Source of the DNA: Phoronis australis
Lineage: Eukaryota; Animalia; Phoronida
Assembly (NCBI GenBank): GCA_002633005.1
Contig: NMRA01000160.1
Coordinates: 269,640 to 333,639 of the forward strand
DNA: 64,000 bases
Direction of reading: 5' to 3'
Shown: one piece after another, positions 1 to 12,025 of the stretch
Layout of the letters: every line of letters begins with the position of its first letter
How positions within the stretch are numbered: the first letter of the stretch is position 1
Notes under the pieces: model-generated
What the model saw: only the letters and a program-made list of their open reading frames with translations
Told to the model about the DNA's origin: nothing
The model's database searches: none
Position numbers and translations under genes: made by a program

Positions 1-1095
1 ATTAAATCAAGGTAAACGCATTGCTCATGGATTTGATTGTTGATTTCTGATTTACATGTTTATGTATCTACGAAAAGTGGACTGATTGAGAGATGATTTT
101 TTGACAATTAGAAGCTAATTTTGTAAGAAATGACAATACTTCAATGCATTTAATTGCAAACCGACATTGAGAAAATTCGACATATCATCAGATCCCCAAA
201 TATAAAAGTACACTAAACGATTTTTGTCTATGTGAAATAAGTCTTAAGGAAATTGATGAATTTCAGACAACTCAAACTCAAACTCAACAATGTGTCCTAA
301 AATGTTCTCACAATGCAAATGACAATAAATTGTTTATTGGCTTAGGAACTAGATTACTGGTTTTAAGTTTACAAACCGTAGATGAAAAACGAAGTTTAGG
401 TACTTAAATAAATAAAGTCAAACTTATTGGTCATCACCTTGGAAAGGTTGTCTTTGAACTTCCTCAATGTTTTTGGATTCCAGTAGTATTGCGCAATGAA
501 TTTTTGTTCTTCAAAACTGAATCGTTTGATTGCATTTCCCGTGCATACTACACACAGAGCATTCGCGCATTCAGCCTGAAATTAAGGGGGGCTCGAATTT
601 TTGAGGATGTGGACCTTTTTTACTAAAGAAAAAAAAACGAATACAGGGTTCGTTCAGGGCTATGAATTGTGCATACGCCGTAACCTGCCTTTTTAGTGGA
701 CTTTTGTCTCGTTTTTCTCGGATATTTTGTTTCTCTTAAGCGGACCTTTTTGCCCACATTTCCATCGAGCCCCCCGAGCTCCGAGCAGCCCCCCCCCAGG
801 TGCGCGCATGCACGGAGGACGTCATGACAGGCACACCCATGTTAAAAATAAGGTGTAACCATGCAATAGGCCTGCTTAGAATCTCAGTTACCCACGGGAA
901 CTAAATTTGAACCCCAAACGTTGAAGTGTGTACATTTTTGGGACACTCTCTGTATCATTTCTTCAGCAACCAGAAACTGGACTACAGCCTGTGTTTCATC
1001 AAGGGATTCTGAAACGGCCACAAAGGCCCTCATATCAGGCTCCTTGGGACCAGATTTTTCCAAAGAACCCCCATAATAAAATGAAGTTTTCCCGA
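1..1095. repeat. Unclassified interspersed repeat family X, copy 1 (runs off the window start)
   Basis: Bases 1-31 are the reverse complement of 52667-52697; similarity continues to about 51893. Related sequence at 35480-35920 and, more diverged, 14040-14450. Confidence 0.7.
560..810. mobile_element. MITE with CATGCGCGCA termini inserted in repeat X
   Basis: Ends cattcgcgca...tgcgcgcatg; absent from the homologous position of the 52-kb copy of repeat X; related copies at 30126-30297 and 36111-36349. Confidence 0.7.
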
Positions 1096-1477
1096 AAATG
1101 GATCGTAATAAATGGAACCTTGACCTCCGACCCAGCTATAGTTACTTCAGGCAGCTCCCAGCTACCCGTCAGTGCGCTCGGGGCCTAGACGCATTATTAC
1201 TCTCCGTGAATTTTTGTTGGTTTGTTGGTTCACGGTTACTCAAATCCTGATTGCTTTATCCCTGGTATTACCCCCACCTATGGCGGACGTGGGGGTGGGG
1301 TTCGGTACAAATATGGTGACATCCAGAGAACGGGGTTGGGGGCGTGACGATAGCAAGGGGGTAGGTTGGCGAAGTCAAATTAGTTTGTGCCCCCCAATAG
1401 TTTTTTCCTTCCTACAGGCCTGCGTCTGAGGAAAGTGCTGCGTCAAATAACTGCAAAGAGTTACAAGACGAGACACG

Positions 1478-1937
1478 ATGGCAAAGCCTTCAGAAATGCG
1501 ACGGAAATGCACTGCAAAGGGGAAAACTATGAGAATAATCAAGTCCGGCTTCCCACACTTGGTTGGTGACACGATTTTGGAAAAACGCGAGCATGCTAAA
1601 AAGCATGCGCAACACTTCCGTCGATTCATTACTTGTGAGCCTCGTGGGAGTAAAGAAATGATTGGCTGTTTGCTCACTCAACCCGATATCGATTCCGGGG
1701 CGGACGTCGGAGTGATTTTCATGGATGCTTCTATGTTCCAGGACATGTGTGGGTCAGGAACCCTGACGGTGGCCGGGTACGCAGTCGACAAGCACCTGGT
1801 CAAGCCTTCCCCTCCTCTCACCACCTTCACAATTCAGGCAACCTTTGGACCGATGATCGCGACGGTCCACGTGGATTCCAGCGGGAAAACGGGTGCATCA
1901 AGTTTTACAAGTGTTCCGTCGTTTGTTTACAAGACAG
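1478..1937 (+). CDS. Racemase-like gene exon 1, containing the first catalytic Cys (MCGSG)
   Basis: ORF 1478 matches the family up to SVPSFVYKT; donor ACAG|GTACAG at 1938 (phase 1). Upstream acceptor ttttttccttcctacAG at 1416-1417 suggests a further 5' exon. Confidence 0.85.
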
Positions 1938-2009
1938 GTACAGACTTTGATTCGGCATCAGTGCCTATATATTCACGTAAACTACAGTATTACTTTGTAA
2001 GTGGATTGT

Positions 2010-2167
2010 CAGGGCGGATCCAGGATTTTGAGTTAGGGGGGCCAGTGCAGAGTATTAGCCAGGATTTTTACCCGTCAAACATTCGGACCCCTGTACTGCC
2101 AAAGGGAATCTGGGAGAATTTTAGGAGGGGGGCATGGCCCCCTTGACCCCCTCTAAATCCGCCACTG
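2010..2167 (+). mobile_element. hAT-like MITE in intron 1 (CAGGG(G)CGGATC...ATCCGCCACTG)
   Basis: Imperfect TIRs; flanks ATTGT/ATTAT; full-length similar copy at 62549-62704. Confidence 0.7.
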
Positions 2168-2488
2168 ATTATACCATGGCCTTTAGAAAGGTGAAATCTT
2201 TGGGTGGAGACGGGTGAGCGCCGGAGCCTGGGTAAGGTCGCTGGCCGGATCAAAATGGTTAAAATTCTACGCCGATTACTGTATAGGCTTCATGGAAGGA
2301 TAGTCAACATTACTGCCGCCCCCCTCGTCGTCTTGCCGTAATTCTTAATACAGCACTGACGTCTCACTGCTCTTAAAGTGGCAAAAACAGACTAAATTGC
2401 ACAATTCAAAGTTGTTGTCTGCTACTGAAACAGAAATAAAATTGTTCACCAGGGCACAGTCGCATAAGTTATACGCTGCATAGCAACA

Positions 2489-2605
2489 ATGACGTCGCAT
2501 TATCACGCGCCACGTTGTTATTCAGTGTTGAAAAATGCACCTGACATCATGCAACAATCAAACTTATCCAGCGTATAATTTTGAAGTTTTATGCAACCCA
2601 GCCCA
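2489..2605 (+). repeat. Dispersed repeat segment, second copy at about 20692-20801
   Basis: Both copies share tgacgtcgcattatcacgcg...aatgcacctgac...caacaatcaaac...tttatgcaac.cagccca. Confidence 0.6.
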
Positions 2606-3761
2606 AGTATTTTTACGCTTTGCTCGAACTTCTGTTGCTGTCAAAGCATGTTTTTCTATTAATTTCAAATTTCGAGAAAACAATCTGTCAACTGTTCGAC
2701 ACTTCCTGAATTTTCTCTCGCACGGCAAAGCACATCTCCTATTTTGGTATGGCAAGACATTTCTCTGAAATGGATATGTTATCTTTGACCTTTAACGCAA
2801 CAATTGCGATTTCAAGCTGTAGCCAGTCCGACTTCTTTGCGCTTATGAGCGCATATATGTTATTAAGGGCGGAGAAGTTATTTTAAAACTTTTTTGGATG
2901 AATGAGTTTTTATTTCGCCTGTGTTTCAAAAAATAGTGAATTTTACGATTTGTTTTAGAGATTCTTACAATATTCAAAGTAAATAACTCTCACGTTAGCA
3001 TCCTCAAGAAGTAAATAAGCCACGGTCTGTTTAAAATATTATTTTTTACCAGTTTTCGCGTTCCATTCCTCTTTAAGCCTAAAGACAGGCCTACCGCTGG
3101 GATAAGGTTCATTTTCTGATTACGATTCCTATTATCTTCGATTCTTTAAATCCTGAATAGCAAACAACCACCAAAATCGAAATTTACAGTGAAAGATCAA
3201 TGATAGTACCACCGGCCGTTCGTGCCCTTCTGGTCGAACTGTGGAACACTGGGTTTTGGAACAAAGTAGGATACTAAAGATACTTAGAACACAAGCTAAA
3301 ATAATGGCTAGCTAGAGGGGCTGCCATCCTAGGGTAGGGAATGAGGTCGGACTTCCACATCTTTTTACAATCACTTGAACTGCATTTCCTTCAAAATACG
3401 AAATCATTTTTGTGTCATACACTAAGTACTCTATCCTTTTTTGAGAAAACTAGTTCTCAAAAATGCCTCAAGTACGACATTCCACACCTAGCAACACAGC
3501 TATTTGATGTCTGGGTTCATTGGCTATAAACCTGAAAGTTGAACACTGACTGTTAAGTACTGAACGAAGTTAATGGACTGATTATGACAATTGACCATTT
3601 TAAAAAATAATAAATACAATAAAAAATCATACCTCCCATTATCGTTGACAAAATATCTATTCATAACCTACTAACATTCACTTATACTTAAAACAATATA
3701 ATGAAAATTATTATTGGGATCGTTGTTTCGCTTGCTCATAAAATTGATTTTCTGTGGTCTC

Positions 3762-3920
3762 CTATACCCTCCCCTCCCCTCCCCTCCAAAGCCTTCGCCT
3801 CCTCTCCTATCCTCTCCTCCTCTCCCTTCCCCCCCGTCTTCTCTCCTGTCCTCTCCCTTTGCCTTCCGTCCTCTCCAGTCCAACCCTCTTTTCTCCTCTC
3901 CCGCCCCATCCCATCCTATC
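3762..3920. repeat. Polypyrimidine (CCTC/CCCT-rich) low-complexity tract in intron 1
   Basis: Almost entirely C/T over about 150 bp. Confidence 0.8.
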
Positions 3921-3983
3921 CTAAAATAAATTTAATTCTATCAAAAAATCGCGTTTGTCTCAAATAATACTTTCCTGTTCCAG

Positions 3984-4130
3984 ATGTTGAAGTTGACGTT
4001 CCTACCTATGGACCCCTCCGTGTTGATCTCAGTTTTGGTGGAGCGTTTTATGCCATACTACCTGCTTCGGACGTGCACCTGAACTCATCACCTGTAGAGG
4101 AACTTACTAGGGCTTCTGGAACCATTTCTT
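3984..4130 (+). CDS. Racemase-like gene exon 2
   Basis: Acceptor tttcctgttccAG; reads (D)VEVDVPTYGPLRVDLSFGGAFYAILPASDVHLNSSPVEELTRASGTIS; donor GTAAGT at 4131; 147 bp, phase 1/1. Confidence 0.9.
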
Positions 4131-5075
4131 GTAAGTATTTGGACGGGGACCTCTTAATCGTCCAGGCATACGTGCTACGAATGTGACTGCTGCACTCTAA
4201 AACAACCAGTCCAAACTCTGTGTTACCTACGCACACACTCACTGTATTCAAAACCAAATGTAGGTCCTGAAATAATTAGTGTCACTCCTAACATTTAGAG
4301 GGTTCTAAACTATATTTGACTTGAGCGTCCCTGTTGTTGCAAGCTGTAAAGTGTACTTTTGGTTCTTGCGCCCAGGCACCAACGCAGTTGTAAAGTTAAT
4401 GGTTTCGGCTAGCTCGTGGATCTGCTGTAAACGTAAAGCAGACAACTTGGTAAGGTATAGTATTTATTCAGTATGCAGTCTCCAAATGAAATAAAACGAT
4501 AACCCTGCAACGCTGACTAATTGATGAACTCGTCTTCGGAGGAGTGAATTGAAGTTTTCAGTCTACCCGCTCCATTGGTCTATTTTATTGCGCACGCCCG
4601 CCCACTTTGATCAAGGGTAACACACAACTGCATCGCGCTACAAGATTTTTTGCAGGCTTCGGTTTCTGCCGCTGTTAGTTGCCCAAAAGTACTGCTAGTT
4701 TTTATGACAGTCTCTACTTTTCTAATTTATTAGTTGACTCACTTGGTTATAATTCTCATTGGCATTCGTTCTCACATTTTGAAATTGAGTGTCATTACAA
4801 ATCATTCAGTGTTTGGTCAATTCATACAGTGGAATCTATGTGCAATTTTATCTTTTTCATAACTTTTTGACAAAAATTCGTGAACACAAGGTCACGCTTT
4901 CAATTTTAACGACAGTTTATGAGTCAGGAGAAGCTCGATTCGTTCGTTCCAAGTTCACTGCACCTCCCAGTTAGCTAAGATTAGATTTAGAAAACAATAT
5001 TTTTGCTATATGTAAGGATTATTGTGAAACAATCGCCTAGGAAACTAGACATTCTCCCCTTTCTCCCTCTCGCAG

Positions 5076-5216
5076 GTGCCGTGAGGTCACAAATCAAGCT
5101 ACAACACCCCACCCCCCTTGGACTATTCGTATCTTCTCGGTACGACACTGACCGACGGGAACGACGACTTCAGCGAACATCCGACAGTACATTTTGTTGC
5201 CACGTCTGATCACCTG
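5076..5216 (+). CDS. Racemase-like gene exon 3 (frameshifted)
   Basis: Acceptor ttctccctctcgcAG; CAVRSQIKLQHPTP then, after one extra C, LDYSYLLGTTLTDGNDDFSEHPTVHFVATSDHL; the expected donor reads GAGT instead of GT. Confidence 0.8.
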
Positions 5217-6322
5217 GAGTTTAGTAAAGTTACGGAAAATCTTGGAAATGCGGATTAGAAAGGTGCAATGATCCTTGGTGTTTTCCGTCAAAAACGAGAA
5301 CAGCCTTATATGCCAGTGGTCAGTGGGTCACCGTGACCGTCTATTTGAATTTGGACATATCCTGACGTGATGGTAAGATCGCAACAAGCAGGTGGTTTCC
5401 AAGTGCCAATGCACCCTCGTGGAAAAGCTAAAGCAACTGTAGTCCTAGTACACGAGTTTGTGACATGATGTTGTGAAAGCGGAAGTTTCCCCCAAAGTAG
5501 GGCAAATTTTAAGTGCATCGTCACGATTGTACGTCGTATTTTTGTCACTTTCCATATTTCTTGAGACAATTACTGCTCAGTTTAACTGTACGCTGTTCTG
5601 TTTTGACTTACATTTATGAGATTCGAAAATAAAAGCACGGATTTACTGTAAACCAAAACAATTGTTGTGCTGTAGTAACATTGCGAGATGTGGGCACGGT
5701 GGAACCCACGCTTACCATCTGCATTGTGACTCTCAAGCCGTGTAAGCTTGTGAAACATGCCAGTTTTATGTTAAGCTAATTGGTCTGTGGATTGACTCCC
5801 CATTGACTGTCGAAAAAAGAACCAGATATTTCGAACAGATGAGAATATCACTTATTCTTACTGTGAACTTTGCCTTAACGTCATATTTTTGTTGTTTTGA
5901 TAAAATGTTTGGGGATAAAGGCGTTCTTATCGCCTTGAAAGCTGACATCTGTGCGTGCACATTGGGTTAAAATATCCAACTAATTACACAATTTTAACTC
6001 TTCAACTAAAATCAGCAGAGTGATTGTCACATGAACAGTAATTACTCCAGGTACGGGCAAAATACTGGCCCAGAGATGGCGCTGTACTAGTACCAGCTTG
6101 ATACCGCCCTATTGACCCTCAGGCTGCTTAAGTCCAACGCATGCTTACTGGAAGCAGATATTCTATAGAAGATGAAGTAAGATTTCTCACCGCAACACAA
6201 GTGTTTTTCGGTTACGAAACGCAAAGGTTCCGGAGGGCAACATCCTTTGTTCAGTGTCTTCAATTTGGACACAGTGTAGTGTGAACATTTAGGCCTACCA
6301 CCTAAAACTGTTTCTGCTTCAC

Positions 6323-6569
6323 GTATCACGGTCGCCATGTGGATCAGGCCCTACTGCTCGCGCAGCCCTGTTATATTTCAAGAAGTTGGCTCTCAACCAA
6401 ACTAGAATGTTTGAAAGTGCCAGTACGCATTCACAGTTCTCTGCTACCCCCCGTAGCCGTCAACATTGAAATAGGAGGGCGTGCTTACTACACAGGTACC
6501 GCGACCTTCACCTTGGAGGAGGGTGACAAGTTGGGTCAAGGTTATCTTGCTGGAATGGTCGAAAAATGA
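6323..6569 (+). CDS. Racemase-like gene exon 4, containing the second catalytic residue (Cys in SRSPCGSG), frameshifted
   Basis: VSRSPCGSGPTARAALLYFKKLALNQTRMFESASTHSQFSATP, frameshift in a C6 run, then VAVNIEIGGRAYYTGTATFTLEEGDKLGQGYLAGMVEK*; preceded by a pyrimidine tract ending AC instead of AG. Confidence 0.8.
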
Positions 6570-7589
6570 ACTTTATGACCACAGCTGTTAAAAAAGATGC
6601 AAAGCGACAGCAAACAGGAATACCTGGGCTAAGTTCCCTAGACGCAAGAATTTCGCGATTGATGCTAGTGTTGTCACGTGCTTCGCTTCTCATGCATGGC
6701 GAGATCTCGCGAAGAGACGTTTTTCAGAGTGTAAATTGTATCTGCGGAACGAACACCTGACTTTGTCTTTTGAAGTATTCATATTAGTGGATGCTGGCAG
6801 GTGCTGAGCTTTGTGTTTCAGAGAGAGAGCTTACAAAGCACCATGTTCTTGACACAATACGAGAAAGTTATAAATTTTTATTGGATTCACTATTGAGTAT
6901 TTCTCGAACTGGGACCACGTGGTCTTGAGAACTGTAGGGAGAGGTACGCGGATTTTGTAAAGCATGCCGCCTTGTCTGGTTTAATTATTTCCTCTCCATC
7001 GTCGTGACCTTCGGTTTTCTCCTGCCAGTTCCGCCACACGTAGCCTTGCGATACAAACTTTGATGTGCTTCCGCTCATCTAGCATACAGAAGTCGGTGAT
7101 CGGGCAATAACCTGTTTAACACGATTTTTGCATTTTTGAAAAAATACAAGTATGAAGCATAAATAAAGAATCCTACACGAGTCTCAGGTTTATGAAATGA
7201 GCAAAACCTCTTGGGTATTTCATCAAAATCCCGAGGCTTGCCTTTTTTGCCTTTGTGATTCGCCCATGTGATATCAAAAAAATTACGTACTAGATGTTAT
7301 TAACCTGTCGTGCCGTAAAACATTCCAGGTCAGTCACGCGAGAAAAAAGTATAAGTAAAACGAGCCAGATCTCACCATTTCCTCTGGTATCCGCTCGATT
7401 GTTTGTGCAGCCTTGACATAACCTCGACCTCAGAAGCAAGGAAAGCCATTAGAAACGTTCCTGGATGTTTCCGTCGACTGGAATAGTCACATACCGAAAT
7501 ACTAACAGCACCTACTCTGATTCTGAAATATTATTCACATTGCTGCTCACCAATAGGCAACCTTCCCATAGTTGCACACTGCGCTTTGT

Positions 7590-9305
7590 TTATCACAATT
7601 TTACGTTTATCATAATTTTACGTGTTACAAAAGGTAACACTGTCGAATGTTGTTTAAAGGCGAATGCCACCCGATTTAATTAGTCTTTTTTGCCGTCTTA
7701 ATCGGTCTATTTCCACATCGCCTCGCATACGGTCGACCTTACCTTGCCAAGAGGTGTCGCGTTAACCTGTGAGGAAGGTGAGAAACGACGCTAGCGACGT
7801 CAGTGATTCATATGCAGAGTGAATGCCGCTATGTTGCGGTGTATCGTTCCCGCTTGTCCGAACTAAGCAGCCGCGAGGAAAGAAAGTATATCGTTTTTTA
7901 CTTCCTCGAGAGTCCGAAATGCTTAGGAAGTGGCTCATGGTAGTGAAGAATGAAATGTACGCTGTAAATAGCAAGTATGAGGCCGCCGAAACATCTCCGT
8001 GTCTGTGGCCTGCAGACGACGTCGACAGTGCCTCACGAATGCCGGCTTACCAAATAACTCCATACTTTCCGTTGTCTGAGCTTGTTCACGGAGCCTCTCT
8101 AGTATTTCTTCATCACTGTATTCCTGTTCGAATTGATAGCCTGTAAAANNNNNNNNNNNNNNNNNNNNNNNNNNNNNNNNNNNNNNNNNNNNNNNNNNNN
8201 NNNNNNNNNNNNNNNNNNNNNNNNNNNNNNNNNNNNNNNNNNNNNNNNNNNNNNNNNNNNNNNNNNNNNNNNNNNNNNNNNNNNNNNNNNNNNNNNNNNN
8301 NNNNNNNNNNNNNNNNNNNNNNNNNNNNNNNNNNNNNNNNNNNNNNNNNNNNNNNNNNNNNNNNNNNNNNNNNNNNNNNNNNNNNNNNNNNNNNNNNNNN
8401 NNNNNNNNNNNNNNNNNNNNNNNNNNNNNNNNNNNNNNNNNNNNNNNNNNNNNNNNNNNNNNNNNNNNNNNNNNNNNNNNNNNNNNNNNNNNNNNNNNNN
8501 NNNNNNNNNNNNNNNNNNNNNNNNNNNNNNNNNNNNNNNNNNNNNNNNNNNNNNNNNNNNNNNNNNNNNNNNNNNNNNNNNTACGGTGTGTCCAAATACC
8601 AATAAATCCCTAAGAGCGAAATAAAACAACACGTTTTTGTAAGAACTCGGTGTATTTTTAAGGGTTTTACATCGAAGTTTGATGATTTATTGGTGCTTAA
8701 CGATGACTCCAAGCGATAAGCTGACACCAGTAACCCGTGTTGTGAACTGCTGAACAGAATGCGTGTGAAACCGATGACGTAATTGGATAATTTCAACACC
8801 TCCGTCTGCCGTCAGGTGTAACGCAACCGCACGTGTCGTTATGGAGTAGAACTACTCGATCTAAATTGATACAAATTAGGTTGTTTTTTGGGTGGCATGC
8901 TCCTTTAACATGGCTTCTCATTTGTAAAAGTAATGGAACCGACGTCACAACATTCAGTCATCTCCATTGGTTGAAATCTGGGAAACCCCTTTAAGTTTAC
9001 AGTAACCAAATATGGAGACCACCTTTTACTTGAATAGTTGCATTTTATTAAAACGGACAGTGATCGAACTAACAAAAATCAAGACAACCCCGATCAAGTG
9101 GCTTTTAAGCCCAAACAAGTGCAGTGCTTACAGCCGTGTGCAAGTGATGGTGATGTTATCGTATGCTTCCGACCAAGGCATGCGAATTGATTCCCACACA
9201 CGGAATTCCGTGTGTCGTTCATCATGTTTCTACAGGGCCACTTTTCAATATAGGTGGCGCTGTGTCAGAGGGTAAGATGTAGCCGTAGGCATTCACTTTC
9301 TTGCT
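7590..9305 (+). mobile_element. HINE/DINE-1-like element split by a Kolobok insertion; uninterrupted relative at about 53270-53690
   Basis: Joining 7600-7657 to 8909-9280 reproduces 53290-53690, including the hairpin gtg(c/t)tac-nnnn-gt(a/g)(a/g)cac. The family assignment is inference. Confidence 0.5.
7658..8904 (+). mobile_element. Non-autonomous Kolobok-type DNA transposon with a THAP-domain remnant
   Basis: TTAA on both sides; TIRs AGGCGAATGCCACCC / GGGTGGCATGCTCCT; MPLCC...LPRESEMLRKW...RVC THAP-like remnant from 7823; internal N gap 8149-8581. Confidence 0.75.
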
Positions 9306-9564
9306 TCAGTACGCATGTTGGTTTTTTTCTTCAGGCTGTCCTCTAGCAGGGACTTGCTGGTTCCCTGTGAGCCCGCTAAGGGGTAGAGAACACGCAGGTA
9401 TAATTTTCCTCGGGAAATTTTTTTACACCGGCGCTTTTGATTGGCTTGTCTTATTCTCAACTGGTAGCGCTTTACGTAAACAAAATGGCATGACTCATAG
9501 AGGAAGTGTAAATGTGGGTTTTGTTTGTGGTCTGTTGTACAAACAAATAGGTGCTAATTTATGT

Positions 9565-9930
9565 TAAAGAAATGTGAATCAAAAAATTCTGGTTGTGCCT
9601 TTTTGGAGTCTATTTTTCTACTGTCGCTGACTTTTGTTTACGTTGCTGTCCTGTATTCACACAGTATGAATAACACACCGGTTAAATCGGCCAGATGGGT
9701 GTGTATTGTACCTGTACGTCAAGCACGCGGCTATTAAACGTTACTGCAGAAACGAAATATTTACAGTCACGCCACTGACAAGGCTAAAATTTGTTCATAG
9801 TCAGCCATTTTCTTTCTTGTTGTAAAGCTAACCAGTGACTGCCGAGGTTACGTGAACCAGTAATAAAACGCGTGCCACTGAATGATACCCACGTGTTCTT
9901 TACCACCTACCGGACACGCAGGGAACCAGC
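9565..9930 (+). repeat. Dispersed repeat, second copy at about 24873-25240
   Basis: Shared cagtatgaataacacaccggttaaatcgg...tgacaaggctaaaa...aaagctaacca.tgactgccgaggttac. Confidence 0.65.
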
Positions 9931-11232
9931 GAGCAGCAGAGACCGTCTTTGCCACATGTTAATCATGGCTCGTGAAGCGAAAACGGTCTGTGAGGTGATT
10001 CGCCGCCAAGCCGATCTCGCCACCTTGTTACAACTGGACAAAATGGCGCCCGCACACTACGACCAGCCTAGACAGCAGTAATTCTAATATGCTGCGCTAC
10101 TGACAAGCTATTATGGCGATTACTATGATTTATATGTTCAACATTTCATGTTTCGGACAAGGGTGACCGGTTTGCTAACATTGTTGTAAACGTTTCTACT
10201 TGAATTGCGCTGCATAAGCAAAAGAAAATTTGAGGTCACTGAAATATTATTTAAACCTAACCCTAAATATTTATGGTTTTCCTCGACCTTCTATCATTAC
10301 TTGAGGCGGATAGGTGTTTCGGTAAACAATTTACTTTTTCGACTTTCGGGGTTCGCTCATGAAAGTTTCAAAAATGTTTCGAGTCGCGCGCTTATTCACT
10401 TCTAGCACACTGGTGGCGCTGCAAAAGATGGTTGTTGTGCATTGTTTTTTAGGACAATATGCCTCGTTTTAGCATCAATTTCAACAACGCTAACGTAAAA
10501 GTGCATGTGTTCTAAACATGCATAACCAATTGTAGTTTGGACACAAAACCTCGTTTTCAAGCATAATGGCGAATTCGTGCAAGCAGTGAGTAGTACAATC
10601 AGGTCGCGCGAGGGCAAATTCAAAAACTGGATTTCATTTTACGCCTTCTCCACCAAATTCTTCTGCATGGAGATACAGCGTGTATATAACTATTGACAAT
10701 TTACTATTTATACTGAGTGACGTTTAAATTCTTTAATTAAAACAAACAGCGCAGAATTCCTTGTTTCTTGATTAATTAGTCGTCCGTGGCGCAACTAACA
10801 TATAGAACTGTCAGTAGGCACTTTCTTTCATTCAGCGCATTTTGCACGCAAAAAGTACAGTAACTGCTACCATTGTTCTACGCATTTTTTGTTTTTATTA
10901 GATGCTATTCGTCAGTATTTTGCGTTTAGTACACCCTTTTGTGCATCACTAAGTAAAAAATTATTTTAGACCGACCGTCCTTTTTGTTTTTCCTCGTCCT
11001 GCCTTCACTCCTGTCGGAGATGGGTAGGTAGGCAGGTAGCCAGGTGTAAAACTTTACATTATCCACTTTTGGTGAAGCTACCCGCCATCTTTAAACATCT
11101 CGACACTGACAGCTATTCTCGCATTCATGATCATTAGACACGATCCATAAATTTCAATTCTGAATGCACATTTAGGTAATGCTTCAGTATTGTTGATCAA
11201 ACCGAAACAAAAAAGAGTCACTGCAAATGAAA

Positions 11233-12025
11233 TGGATGAAGAGTGATATGAATAAATAGTTGGCTCACGGCAGCAGAGTGGTCCTGTGAATTTTGTCATT
11301 GATGTTGTTGCTATGCAACTGAGAGTCTAGCTCCATCCTGTGTAAATACACGGCCTTGTTTGAACCTTGCATTGCACCAATATGACGCATAAATTGCTAA
11401 GCCACAACATACAAATTTCCGAGAATGAATTCGTGCATTTCAAAACCGGAAGCGGACGTGTCCCGCCATAACACATAATCGACTAACCAAACAAATTCAC
11501 TGGCGTTGAATGGTCAATGTTTTCCAGGAGATGTGTGTGAGTGTATCTTGTTTAATTGATAAACATGTATCTATGTACGTACGTATGTATGTACGTATGT
11601 ATGTATGCATGCATGTANTGGATGAAGAGTGATATGAATAAATAGTTGGCTCACAGCAGAGTGGTCCTGTGAATTTTGTCATTGATGTTGTTGCTATGCA
11701 ACTGAGAGTCTAGCTCCATCCTGTGTAAATACACGGCCTTGTTTGAACCTTGCATTGCACCAATATGACGCATAAATTGCTAAGCCACAACATACAAATT
11801 TCCGAGAATGAATTCGTGCATTTCAAAACCGGAAGCGGACGTGTCCCGCCATAACACATAATCGACTAACCAAACAAATTCACTGGCGTTGAATGGTCAA
11901 TGTTTTCCAGGAGATGTGTGTGAGTGTATCTTGTTTAATTGATAAACATGTATCTATGTACGTACGTATGTATGTACGTATGTATGTATGCATGCATGTA
12001 TGTATGTACGTATGGATGTATGCAT
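11233..12025. repeat. ~385-bp tandem duplication joined by a single N, each copy ending in a (TATG)n-type microsatellite; likely assembly artefact
   Basis: 11233-11617 and 11619-12000 appear identical apart from a 3-bp indel; N at 11618. Confidence 0.85.

Larger units (their letters stand above)
1478..6569 (+). pseudogene. Proline racemase-family gene (L3HYPDH-like, Cys/Cys type), 4 coding exons, probably an unprocessed pseudogene
   Basis: Exon translations give family motifs in order: EMHCKGE-TMRIIKSGFP, EPRG, MCGSG, SVPSFV, VDLSFGGAFYA, GTTLTDG, RSPCGSG, IGGRAYYTGTATFTLEEGD. Lesions: +1 frameshifts near 1525, 5112-5117 and 6447-6452; intron 3 ends read GA..AC. Confidence 0.85.

Noticed and set aside
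1938-2146. C-terminal 70 residues of ORF 1478-2146
   Set aside because: Read-through into intron 1 and a MITE; homology stops at the 1937 donor and resumes at 3984.
3671-3967. Pro-rich and Gly/Arg-rich ORFs
   Set aside because: Translations of the intronic C/T low-complexity tract.
5217-6322. U12-type AT-AC intron
   Set aside because: It ends in AC but lacks the ATATCCTT donor and a clear TCCTTAAC branch site.
11233-12000. Apparent recent 385-bp tandem duplication
   Set aside because: The copies are joined by a single N and differ by one 3-bp indel, typical of uncollapsed haplotypes at a scaffold join.
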